Positions 48,525 through 57,680 of a stretch of DNA of 64,000 nt are shown in pieces. Location of the stretch: positions 25,266 through 89,265 of the forward strand of contig CAJLEF010000005.1 of assembly GCA_905205665.1 (NCBI GenBank), in the 5' to 3' direction. The notes under the pieces are model-generated. The model did no database searches. It saw nothing but the letters and a program-made list of their open reading frames with translations, and had not been told where the DNA came from. Source of the stretch: an uncultured Bacillota bacterium (GTDB lineage Bacteria; Bacillota_I; Bacilli_A; RF39; UBA660). Numbering within the stretch: the stretch's first letter is position 1; the number at the start of each line of letters is the position of its first letter. The translations under genes and the position numbers were made by a program.

Positions 48525-49688
48525 TTAAGAGTTTGTCATCATTTTAATTTGTCTTTTTTCTTCGTTAATTTTATTTTCAATAGCAATTCTTTGAAGCACA
48601 AAACACAATAAAATAATATTCATATTATAACTTCCTCCATAACTTAAAAATGGAAGTGGTACTCCAGTTAAAGGAATTAAAGCGAGTGACCCAGCTAAAT
48701 TTATGGCTAAATGAAGTAAGATATAAATAAAAGTTCCATAACAAATAATAAAATTACGGGTATTATCACAAGTTTTAGCGATTTTTAAAATGCGATATAA
48801 AATTAAAATATAACCAATTAAAACTAAAATGCCTACTAAAAGTCCTAATTCTTCTACTAGTATAGGAAAAATAAAATCAGTATGAGCTTCCGGCAAATAT
48901 AAGTATTTTTGACTAGAATTGCCAAGTCCAACACCTAAAAGGCCACCATTATGATATGCAATAAGGCCATTGCAAACTTGATAACCCGTATCGTCCATAT
49001 AACGGCTACATGGAGCCGCAAATTTAAGACGTGATAACTGAGAAGAATTAAAAATATCAGAACCACTGTAAAGAAGGATAATAGCAAATAAAATAGTCCC
49101 TATTCCTATATATTTTATAATATTTACTTTCTTTTTTTCAGGAAACGGTACTTTCAAAAAAGTGAAAAAGACAATTCCAGCAATAATTGCCGCTCCACCA
49201 AAATCTGGTTGTTTCGCTACTAAAATAAAAATAAAAAGAGCAATAACAATAGGAATAAAATTATACAAAAATGTTTTTTTTCTTTTTAAACTTTTTTCAT
49301 AAAAAACCCCCATATATAAAATTAAAGCAGTTTTAGCAAACTCGGTTGGTTGTAAATTAAAAAAACCAAAATCAATCCAGCTTTGAGCTCCACCAGCTAT
49401 CGCACCATAACCAAAAACATAAAGCAGTAAGGCAACGACTATAATTAAATAAAGCGGTGCAAACCATTTATAATTACGTGTAGGATATTTTAAAACGAAT
49501 AAAAATCCTAAAAAACAAGAAAACAAGACAAATATTACTTGTCGGATAAAAAAATAATAAGAGGAAACTTGATATCTTAATACTGCCGACACTGATGAGG
49601 CACTTAAAATCATCACAATTCCCAAAATCATATAAACTAACATTAGAAAAAAAAGAGGTCTATCTATTTTTTTCATTAAGGACTTCAT
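48525..49688 (-). CDS. ftsW: SEDS-family peptidoglycan glycosyltransferase (FtsW/RodA/SpoVE).
   Basis: About 10 TM segments and a conserved C-terminal region PLPFLSYGGS. Confidence 0.8.
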   Translation of the reverse strand: MKSLMKKIDRPLFFLMLVYMILGIVMILSASSVSAVLRYQVSSYYFFIRQVIFVLFSCFLGFLFVLKYPTRNYKWFAPLYLIIVVALLLYVFGYGAIAGGAQSWIDFGFFNLQPTEFAKTALILYMGVFYEKSLKRKKTFLYNFIPIVIALFIFILVAKQPDFGGAAIIAGIVFFTFLKVPFPEKKKVNIIKYIGIGTILFAIILLYSGSDIFNSSQLSRLKFAAPCSRYMDDTGYQVCNGLIAYHNGGLLGVGLGNSSQKYLYLPEAHTDFIFPILVEELGLLVGILVLIGYILILYRILKIAKTCDNTRNFIICYGTFIYILLHLAINLAGSLALIPLTGVPLPFLSYGGSYNMNIILLCFVLQRIAIENKINEEKRQIKMMTNS

Positions 49689-49842
49689 AGTATCACCTTA
49701 TCATAATCGTATCACAAAAATAAATAGATACAAAGTTATTTTAAAAAATAGTTGACATTTATTAAACAAAAAATAATATACATTTTATATCACTTTTTAA
49801 AAAGATGTATAAAATATAGTAGATAGATTAGGAGGTAATACT

Positions 49843-50031
49843 ATGTATTATTATGGTAATAATGGTTACTATGGTGGTATGGGTGGCGGATATTCTCCAT
49901 GTTATAACACAGGATATGCCGGATACACTTCTGGTTATGGTGCAGGCGCCGCTATTTGGATCGTTTTATTCATCTTACTTGTTATCATCATAGGAGCTGG
50001 CTGGAATTGGAATAACAATTCTAACAACTAA
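49843..50031 (+). CDS. YjcZ-family sporulation-like small Gly/Tyr-rich membrane protein.
   Basis: GGAGG ribosome-binding site. Sequence MYYYGNNGYYGGMGGGY...AIWIVLFILLVIIIGAGW resembles YjcZ-type proteins. Confidence 0.5.
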   Translation: MYYYGNNGYYGGMGGGYSPCYNTGYAGYTSGYGAGAAIWIVLFILLVIIIGAGWNWNNNSNN

Positions 50032-50060
50032 AGATAGATAAAAAGGTGACTCGTTTTGAG

Positions 50061-50972
50061 TTACCTTTTTTGATTCATTGCTAAATTAGCAATTTTTATA
50101 GCTCCATCTAAAGTATCACAAGAAGCAATAAAAAGATTTTTATGGCAAAAACGGAAGCCTAACACTCCTGTTAGTTTTTCTAATTCTTCTTGTTCTTTGC
50201 CTCCCCACTCTTCTTTTAAAGGACACCGAAGTTCAAAACTATTTTTTTCTTTGGGAATCGTATGAATAACGTATCCACCTCGGTTAGAAGGAAAAATAGC
50301 AAACCAAATATCTTCTGCTTTTTTGCTTTTACTATCTAAAACAGCTTTGCTATATGGAAGATACTCATTTAATAAAAGAAGATGGTTACCACTCTTTTCG
50401 ATTTTCTCTTCCACCATATCTTTAGCTTTTAAATAATCTAAAGTTCTTTTTTCAATTCTATCAAAAATCACTTTAAAGATTTGATAAGCTTCATAAAAAG
50501 CTTCATTATAACTTTTTTCTTCACACCATGTAGGATTTAAATATTCCACTACTTCTGATAAAGAAGATACTTTATAATCATTAGGATTTGAAAGAAACAT
50601 CCCATTATCATAAGCGTCAATTTGCATTACAAAATCATGTAAAAAAAGATCATAAGCATAATCAATATCTTTAACATTAAGACTTTTTAAATAATCTTTA
50701 CCATATTTTTCAAATAATTTTCCAAAAGAACAATATTTCACCTTATTTTCTCTTACTTTAGAGTCAGCCTGATGATGATCAAACTCACCAAAACCAATAT
50801 CATAAATTATTTTATCTGGATAAAGACTAGCATTGATTTCTTTTGCACGATACAAAGTAATATTTTTAAATACTTTTTCTAAAAAGATGGTGGAAAAAAC
50901 ATCATCAGCATGAAATTTGCTATCATGCGTTACAAACTTAGCGTCTTTTAAATTATCACAAATTGTTAACAT
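50061..50972 (-). CDS. MYG1/UPF0160-family metal-dependent hydrolase.
   Basis: N-terminal THDSKFHADDV motif. Confidence 0.65.
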   Translation of the reverse strand: MLTICDNLKDAKFVTHDSKFHADDVFSTIFLEKVFKNITLYRAKEINASLYPDKIIYDIGFGEFDHHQADSKVRENKVKYCSFGKLFEKYGKDYLKSLNVKDIDYAYDLFLHDFVMQIDAYDNGMFLSNPNDYKVSSLSEVVEYLNPTWCEEKSYNEAFYEAYQIFKVIFDRIEKRTLDYLKAKDMVEEKIEKSGNHLLLLNEYLPYSKAVLDSKSKKAEDIWFAIFPSNRGGYVIHTIPKEKNSFELRCPLKEEWGGKEQEELEKLTGVLGFRFCHKNLFIASCDTLDGAIKIANLAMNQKR

Positions 50973-51093
50973 AAAAACCTCTTTTCTATATTTATATACT
51001 TTGCTTATTATAACATAGCAAAAGGCTGCTGACGAAATTTTCTTTTATTTTTAGTTTTTTGTGGTACAATATTAATGTTTTGGGGTGTTGTAT

Positions 51094-51645
51094 ATGAATT
51101 TACCAAAGATACATATTTTAGAAGAATATGATAAAAAATTAAGAATGACAAGTAAGGAAGTTACCTTTCCTTTATCAAAAGAAGACAAAGATATGATTAA
51201 TGATATGATAACTTATCTTACTATGAGTCAAATTAAAGAATATGAAGAAAAATATAATTTAAGACCTGGGATGGGCCTTTCAGCTGTTCAAGTTGGCTTA
51301 TTAAAACGAATTTTTGTTATTGTTGAAGAAAAAGATGATCATACTTTCAAAAACTACATTGTTATTAATCCAAAAGTTCTTGCTCACAGTGAAGAAGAAA
51401 TATTTGTTGGCGAAGGTGAAGGATGTTTATCTGTTAATCGTCCCGTAGAAGGAATCGTACCAAGATTTGCTAGACTCACTGTGGAAGCCTATGACGTAGA
51501 AGGAAACAAATTTCAAATTCGCGTTCGGGAAGACATTGCTATTGCTTTTCAACATGAAATTGATCATTTAAATGGCATTTTATTTATAGATAAAATTGAT
51601 CCTAAAAACCCTTTTAAAAATCGTGATAAAATGCGTGAAATTTAA
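51094..51645 (+). CDS. def: Peptide deformylase.
   Basis: GLSAVQVG, EGCLS and HEIDHLNG motifs. Confidence 0.85.
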   Translation: MNLPKIHILEEYDKKLRMTSKEVTFPLSKEDKDMINDMITYLTMSQIKEYEEKYNLRPGMGLSAVQVGLLKRIFVIVEEKDDHTFKNYIVINPKVLAHSEEEIFVGEGEGCLSVNRPVEGIVPRFARLTVEAYDVEGNKFQIRVREDIAIAFQHEIDHLNGILFIDKIDPKNPFKNRDKMREI

Positions 51646-51683
51646 AAAACTGAATATCTTTAAAAGACGTTCAGTTTTTTATT

Positions 51684-54632
51684 TTACATATCCTTATTCT
51701 CTAAAGTAACACTTACAATTTTAGAAACACCTTGTTCTTGCATCGTAATACCGTATAAAGTACCAGCATATTCCATTGTTCTTTTCTTATGGGTAATCAG
51801 TAAGAATTCACTTTTATCCTTTTGTTCTTGTAAGTATTTACCAAAAGTGTCAACATTTGCTTCATCTAAAGCTGCTTCTACCTCATCTAAAATACAAAAT
51901 GGTACAGGATAGACATTTAATATTGCAAATAAAAGAGAAATAGCTGTTAATGTTTTTTCGCCACCAGATAAAAGTTGAATACTATTTAATTTCTTTCCAG
52001 GAGGTTCTGCTACAATTTCAATACCAGTTTCTAAAATGTTTTCAGGTTCGGTAAGTCTTAATTCACCACGGCCACCTTTAAACATTTTTTTAAATACTAT
52101 AGAAAACTCTTCTGCTATTTTTTGGAAAGCTTCTTTTAGGCGAGTTTCCATAACGCCATCCATCTCATCAATGATTTTATAAAGATCTTCGCATGATTTT
52201 TCTAGATCTTCTTTCTGGGTCATTAAAAATTCATAACGTTCATTTACTCTTTCATATTCACTTATACTACCGACATTTACGTCTCCTAAAGCTCGTATTT
52301 CATTTTTGAGACTCTTTACTTTTAGTCTCGCAATATCTTCTTTAATATCAAGTTCATAGTCCATTTTAGCTTTTTCGTAAGTAATGTGATAATCTTCACT
52401 TAAAATATTGAGTAAATAATCCATTTTAGTATCTAACTTACCAATTTCAATTTCATGCTTATTAATTTCATTTTCAATTTTATGAAAATTACTGTTTTTC
52501 TCACGATATTTATTTTCTAATTCTGAAATTGAAGAGGAAAGTTCACTCTTCTCTTTTTGTAAGTCTGTCAAATCACGGGTTATTTTTTCTTTTTCAATTT
52601 CAACATTCTTTTTCTTATCTAAAATAGTAACAATAGAAGAAGCTACTGTGCCATTTTTTAACATACTTGCAGAAGACATATCTTCTTTTAAAAATGTTAA
52701 TTTGCTTTCAAATTCTTCCTTATCTTTGTTTTTATTTTTAAGTAGTTCTACTTGATAAAAAATATTTTTTTCTAATTTAGAAATCTTTTCTTTTCTTTCT
52801 TCACTTTCTTGCTGTAGTTCTGTCTTTTTACTTAAAATATTTTTTAATGTAATTTCATTTTCTTTTAAAGCATTTTGAACATTTACTAAATCTTTCTTTT
52901 CGGTTAAAGATGAGGTTTGTTTTTTGATAGAACCACCGGTTAAAGAACCACCACTATGCATGATCTCACCATCTAAAGTAACTACTCGATAACGATAATT
53001 CAAAGATGAAGCAAGTTGATTCATAGCGTCAAAATCACGAACGACTAAAACATTGCCTAATTGGTTAGTTATAATATTATTATATATTTCATCATAAGAA
53101 ACTAAGTCACTGGCAACGCCCAAAAAACCTATAGTTTTTTTAGCTATTTCTAAATCTTCACCACTTATCTTTCGTCCTTTAATGACATTTAAAGGAAAGA
53201 AAGTAGCACGCCCTAAATGATTATTTTTTAAATAATTAATAGCTTCTTTCGCACAAGCTTCATTGTCACAAATGATAAAGTTAGAAGAAGCTCCTAAAGC
53301 AATATCAATAGCTGTTGTTAATTCTTCTTTAACATTTAAATTTTTACCAATTGTTTTATGAATTCCTCTTAAACGAGGATGATTAATAACGTTTTTCACT
53401 GCAACAGGTAAAGACATATCTTGTTCAATATTAGCTTCTAATAAATTTATTTTATTTTTCAAAATTAAATTATTACGAGAACATTCCTCATACTCATTAT
53501 TTAAGTGTCTTTCACTTAAAGTTTGTAAAGAATCTTTTTCTTCTAAGTCACTTAAATCTCTTCGAGAGTGGTTCAAGTTTGTCTCTAATTTAGTAATATC
53601 TTCTTGTAAAAGAGATAGTTCTTTAGAAAGACGGACTTCTTCTTCTTTCAAAGCTAATAAATTTTCATTAACTTTTTCTTCACTCACTTCGTACTTTTGT
53701 CTTTCTAAAAGTAATGTGTATTCTGAATTTATCTTTGCTAAATTTTCATTAATAGAAATAAGTTCTTTGTTCTTTTTGTCGATATCTTCTTCTAAATGCA
53801 AAAGTTTTAATTTTAAACTTTCTGTTTCGTTGTTATCTTTGGTACTCGTTACTTCAAGTTTTTCTTTTTTGCTTTGTAACTCTTCCATTTCTTTAGCTAA
53901 AACATTATAAACTTCATGAATTTGATTAATATCATAAGTTGCTAAACTAATTTCTAAGCCTTCTAAATCTTTTTTGAGTTCTAAATATTTCTTAGCTTTA
54001 ATACTTTGTTCTTTTAAAGGTTCTACTGATAAAGCCAGTTCATCAGTTACTAAGGTTACCTTTTCTAAATTATCTTTAGTTTTTTCTAATTTACGAACAC
54101 TTTCTGTTTTACGTGTTTTATATTTTAAAACACCTGCCGCCCCTTCTAAGATTACTCTTCTATCATACGGTTTAGAACTTACGATAGATTCAATACTACC
54201 TTGACTAATGATGTTAAAAGAATCGACACCAACACCACTATCTAAAAATAAGTTAGTGACATCTTTTAAACGAACTTTACTATTATTAATGTAATATTCA
54301 TTTTCACCTGTATGATAAAGGACTCTTTTTACTTCCACATCTTGTAAATCCGTATTCAAAAAATGATCTGTATTATCAAAGGTTAACGCCACCTCACATC
54401 TTTTTAAAGGACTTCTTGTTTCACTACCAGCAAAAATAACATCACTCATAGCACCCGCACCACGGAGACTTTTTACAGATTGTTCGCCAAGTACCCATCT
54501 AACCGCATCAACAATATTACTTTTGCCAGAGCCATTAGGTCCAACAATAGCTGTTATATTTGTTTTAAGTTCAATATCTATTTTATCTGCAAAGGATTTA
54601 AAACCAAATGCTCGAATACTTTTTAACTTCAT
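51684..54632 (-). CDS. smc: Chromosome partition protein SMC.
   Basis: Walker A GPNGSGKSN, signature LSGGEKTLTA, Walker B ILDEVEAALD, long coiled coils and a hinge. Confidence 0.9.
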   Translation of the reverse strand: MKLKSIRAFGFKSFADKIDIELKTNITAIVGPNGSGKSNIVDAVRWVLGEQSVKSLRGAGAMSDVIFAGSETRSPLKRCEVALTFDNTDHFLNTDLQDVEVKRVLYHTGENEYYINNSKVRLKDVTNLFLDSGVGVDSFNIISQGSIESIVSSKPYDRRVILEGAAGVLKYKTRKTESVRKLEKTKDNLEKVTLVTDELALSVEPLKEQSIKAKKYLELKKDLEGLEISLATYDINQIHEVYNVLAKEMEELQSKKEKLEVTSTKDNNETESLKLKLLHLEEDIDKKNKELISINENLAKINSEYTLLLERQKYEVSEEKVNENLLALKEEEVRLSKELSLLQEDITKLETNLNHSRRDLSDLEEKDSLQTLSERHLNNEYEECSRNNLILKNKINLLEANIEQDMSLPVAVKNVINHPRLRGIHKTIGKNLNVKEELTTAIDIALGASSNFIICDNEACAKEAINYLKNNHLGRATFFPLNVIKGRKISGEDLEIAKKTIGFLGVASDLVSYDEIYNNIITNQLGNVLVVRDFDAMNQLASSLNYRYRVVTLDGEIMHSGGSLTGGSIKKQTSSLTEKKDLVNVQNALKENEITLKNILSKKTELQQESEERKEKISKLEKNIFYQVELLKNKNKDKEEFESKLTFLKEDMSSASMLKNGTVASSIVTILDKKKNVEIEKEKITRDLTDLQKEKSELSSSISELENKYREKNSNFHKIENEINKHEIEIGKLDTKMDYLLNILSEDYHITYEKAKMDYELDIKEDIARLKVKSLKNEIRALGDVNVGSISEYERVNERYEFLMTQKEDLEKSCEDLYKIIDEMDGVMETRLKEAFQKIAEEFSIVFKKMFKGGRGELRLTEPENILETGIEIVAEPPGKKLNSIQLLSGGEKTLTAISLLFAILNVYPVPFCILDEVEAALDEANVDTFGKYLQEQKDKSEFLLITHKKRTMEYAGTLYGITMQEQGVSKIVSVTLENKDM

Positions 54633-54634
54633 CT

Positions 54635-55297
54635 TTATCTAGCCCTTTTCCGGTAAGCATCACAAGCTGCTTTTTGTTCGGCTTCTTTTTTGCTTTTGCC
54701 AATGCCTGTTCCAAAAACAATACCATCAATAACAACATTTACTTCAAAAGTCTTATCATGAGCCGGGCCTTCTTCTCTTACAATTTCATAACTTAAACTT
54801 TCCTTATCCGTTTGAACCATTTCTTGTAAGGCTGATTTATAATCTGATAAAAATATTTCTTTTCTTTCAATATAAGGCACAATGATATTTAAAGCATATT
54901 CTTTAGCAACTGTAAAACCACAATCTAAATAAATAGCCCCCAAAACACTTTCAAAAACATCTGCGATAATGGTATCATTTACATTATCTAATTGCCCATT
55001 ACCAACTCTAATATATTTATTTAAACCTATTTCTTTGGCATAAGTAGCTAAAGCATGTTCACAAACATAACTTGCTCTTGTTTTAGTCATATCGCCTTCT
55101 CTTAAATCAGTGTTTAAATAAAAATATTCACTTGTAATAAGTTCTAAGACTGCATCTCCTAAAAATTCCAAACGTTCATAAGATTCTAAATGGTGTTCGT
55201 TAGCATAAGACGTATGTGTAAACGCAGTTTGCATTTGTTCCAAATTTTTTATTTGAATATGATATTTTTCAAAAAATTCTTCAAAGTTCATTTTCAT
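54635..55297 (-). CDS. rnc: Ribonuclease III.
   Basis: ERLEFLGDAVLE signature plus a C-terminal dsRBD. Confidence 0.9.
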   Translation of the reverse strand: MKMNFEEFFEKYHIQIKNLEQMQTAFTHTSYANEHHLESYERLEFLGDAVLELITSEYFYLNTDLREGDMTKTRASYVCEHALATYAKEIGLNKYIRVGNGQLDNVNDTIIADVFESVLGAIYLDCGFTVAKEYALNIIVPYIERKEIFLSDYKSALQEMVQTDKESLSYEIVREEGPAHDKTFEVNVVIDGIVFGTGIGKSKKEAEQKAACDAYRKRAR

Positions 55298-55370
55298 AAC
55301 CTCCTTTCAAAATTATACACACAGAAAAGTTATTTTACAAGTAAGTTTTTTTGTAGTAAAATGATTTTAG

Positions 55371-55586
55371 GTGATAGCTACGCAAAAGTTACTTATTTCT
55401 TTAATTAATTTTTATCAAAATTTACCTTTATCGTCCCACAGTTATTGTCGGTGTATTCCTACTTGTAGTGAATATACTAAACAAGCTATTTTGAAGTATG
55501 GTTCTTTTAAAGGAATGAAATTAGGACTTAAAAGAATTTTAAAATGTCGTCCTCATGGCATTTATGGCTATCAACCACTTGAATAA
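55371..55586 (+). CDS. yidD: Membrane protein insertion efficiency factor YidD.
   Basis: FYQN...CRCIPTCSEY conserved cysteine motif. GTG start. Confidence 0.7.
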   Translation: MIATQKLLISLINFYQNLPLSSHSYCRCIPTCSEYTKQAILKYGSFKGMKLGLKRILKCRPHGIYGYQPLE

Positions 55587-55599
55587 AAGGAGGTGGAAA

Positions 55600-56460
55600 A
55601 TGAAAAAGTTTTTTTATAGTATCATTTTAGGGTCTTTACTACTTTTAGCGAGTGGTTGTAATAATCTTGAAAATGCCAGTATTTATACTACAACTTATCC
55701 TATTGAGTATTTAGCCACCACGCTTTATAGTGATCACTCCACATCATCTTCTATTTATCCAGATGGGGCTATCGTAGATGATTACACTTTAACAGAAAAA
55801 CAAATTGACAATTTTAGTAAAGGAACACTTTTTATCTATAATGGTACAACAAGTGAAAAACAAATTGCTAATACTTTAGTAAAAAAGAATAAAAATCTTA
55901 AAATTATTGATGCGGCCTACGCTTTAAAATATGATTATGGTGTGGAAGAATTATGGCTTAGCCCAAGTAATTATTTAATGTTAGCAGCTAATATTAAAGA
56001 TAGCTTACAAGAACAAATTGATTCTAAATATATTAATGAAGAAATTGAAAATAAATATAAAACATTAGAAGAAACTTTATCTATTATGGATGCAGAAATT
56101 AGATCAATAGCTAAAAATGCAAAAAGTAGTAATAATCATATTTTAATAGCTGATTCTAATACTTTCAAATATTTAGAAAATTATGGTTTTAAAGTAATTT
56201 CTTTAGAAGATTACAGTTTAAATAGTTCTCCATTAGCTTCTTTAAAAAGTAATTTCAAAGCAGGTACCTATAAGTATGTCTTAACTAAAAAAGGCGTAGA
56301 AGAATCTGATGTTTTAAAGGATATTAAAAAAGATACTTCTGCAGTATCTATGCCTGTTGATTTTATGAATACTCTTTCTGAAGATAGTCGTAAAGCTAAT
56401 GAAACATACTTAACTATTATGAAGCAATATATTGCTAATTTAAAAACGATAACAAATTAA
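55600..56460 (+). CDS. Lipoprotein with TroA/ZnuA-like substrate-binding-protein architecture.
   Basis: Lipobox LLASGC and an AAAAGGAGG ribosome-binding site. IYTTTYPIEY...FIYNG...LWLSPSNY parallels ZnuA segments. The usual His metal-ligand positions appear substituted. Confidence 0.4.
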   Translation: MKKFFYSIILGSLLLLASGCNNLENASIYTTTYPIEYLATTLYSDHSTSSSIYPDGAIVDDYTLTEKQIDNFSKGTLFIYNGTTSEKQIANTLVKKNKNLKIIDAAYALKYDYGVEELWLSPSNYLMLAANIKDSLQEQIDSKYINEEIENKYKTLEETLSIMDAEIRSIAKNAKSSNNHILIADSNTFKYLENYGFKVISLEDYSLNSSPLASLKSNFKAGTYKYVLTKKGVEESDVLKDIKKDTSAVSMPVDFMNTLSEDSRKANETYLTIMKQYIANLKTITN

Positions 56461-56607
56461 AATTTACAAGCTGCTTTAAAGGCAGTTTTTTATTTTGCCT
56501 TTTGCCATAAAACCTTATTCACTAATAGAGAAAATATTAGGAAATGCTTTAATTTAGACTTTATTTTTTAAAAATATATGATATAATTTTAATTGTTAGT
56601 GATAAAT

Positions 56608-56683
56608 GTCTCCATAGCTCAGTTGGTAGAGCAACTGACTCTTAATCAGTGGGTCCACGGTTCGAGCCCGTGTGGGGACACCA
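56608..56683 (+). tRNA. tRNA-Lys (anticodon CUU).
   Basis: Manual cloverleaf. Acceptor GTCTCCA/TGGGGAC, D arm GCTC-AGTTGGTA-GAGC, anticodon stem ACTGA/TCAGT with loop CTCTTAA, T arm CACGG-TTCGAGC-CCGTG, encoded CCA. Confidence 0.8.
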
Positions 56684-56727
56684 TTATTGTGTATTATAAA
56701 AGCCTTTAAAGAGGCTTTTTAAATTAT

Positions 56728-56803
56728 TACCCTGTCGCCAAGTGGTAAGGCAATGGGCTCTGACCCCATCATTTCGCCGGTTCGAATCCAGCCAGGGTAG
56801 CCA
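56728..56803 (+). tRNA. tRNA-Gln (anticodon CUG).
   Basis: Manual cloverleaf. U1:A72 acceptor TACCCTG/CAGGGTA, typical of bacterial tRNA-Gln. Anticodon stem ATGGG/CCCAT with loop CTCTGAC. T loop TTCGAAT with one C-A mismatch in the T stem. Encoded CCA. Confidence 0.7.
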
Positions 56804-56814
56804 ATAAAAAAATA

Positions 56815-56841
56815 AGTCTTGCGAGTTTGCAAGACTTTTTC
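56815..56841 (+). terminator. Intrinsic terminator after the tRNA pair.
   Basis: AGTCTTGC/GCAAGACT stem followed by TTTTT. Confidence 0.55.
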
Positions 56842-57680
56842 TAATATCTATTTTTAGGTAAGTTTTCTAAAATATGAACATAAGACTGATAACGGCTTGG
56901 TAAAATGTCACCATTTTCCACAGCTTCTTTCACCCTACAATTTCGTTCTTTTAAATGAAAACAATCTTTAAACTCACAAGAGTATTTTTGAAATTCTAAG
57001 AATGCATTTTTAACATCTTCTTTTGAAGAGTCTAAAATATCTAAGGCTGAAAAGCCTGGAGTATCACAAAAAGAAATCGAATCAACAGTAAAAATTTCTG
57101 TATGTCTGGTGGTGTGTTTGCCACGGTTTAAAGCTTGAGATATCTCCCCTGTCTTAAGACTTAAATTTCTATCTAACTTATTTAATAAAGTGCTTTTACC
57201 AGCTCCGGTTTGACCTGTTAAAACTACTAAAGAATTCGCTAAATAATTTTTTAAAGCTTCTAAATCGTTATTATGGAAGCAAGGAATACCAATACTTTCA
57301 TAGTATTTTTTAACCGTTTCATATAAAGAAATATCTTCTAATAAGTCTAATTTAGTGAAACAGATAACTGGTTTAATATTAGCTAAAATAATAGAAGTAA
57401 TTTCTTTATCTAATAAAAGAAAATTAAAATCAGGTTGCTTCATAGATGTCACAATAAGACCATAATTAACATTACAAACACTTGGTCTTGAAAGTTCATT
57501 TAAACGTGGTAATAACTCTAGAATGTAGTTATTTTCTTCATCAATTTCACAATAGTCTCCGACTAAAGGAGTCTTTTTTTGAGCTCTAAATTTTCCTCTT
57601 GGTACACATTCATAAGAACCATTATCTGTTTTCACAAGATAATGGTTACTTATGTTTTTGATGATTTGTCCTTTTAACAT
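56841..57680 (-). CDS. rsgA: Ribosome small-subunit biogenesis GTPase RsgA (YloQ).
   Basis: GQTGAGKSTLLN P-loop and a C-terminal Zn cluster CEFKDCFHLKERNC. Start is assigned at the MLKGQII methionine. Confidence 0.8.
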   Translation of the reverse strand: MLKGQIIKNISNHYLVKTDNGSYECVPRGKFRAQKKTPLVGDYCEIDEENNYILELLPRLNELSRPSVCNVNYGLIVTSMKQPDFNFLLLDKEITSIILANIKPVICFTKLDLLEDISLYETVKKYYESIGIPCFHNNDLEALKNYLANSLVVLTGQTGAGKSTLLNKLDRNLSLKTGEISQALNRGKHTTRHTEIFTVDSISFCDTPGFSALDILDSSKEDVKNAFLEFQKYSCEFKDCFHLKERNCRVKEAVENGDILPSRYQSYVHILENLPKNRY

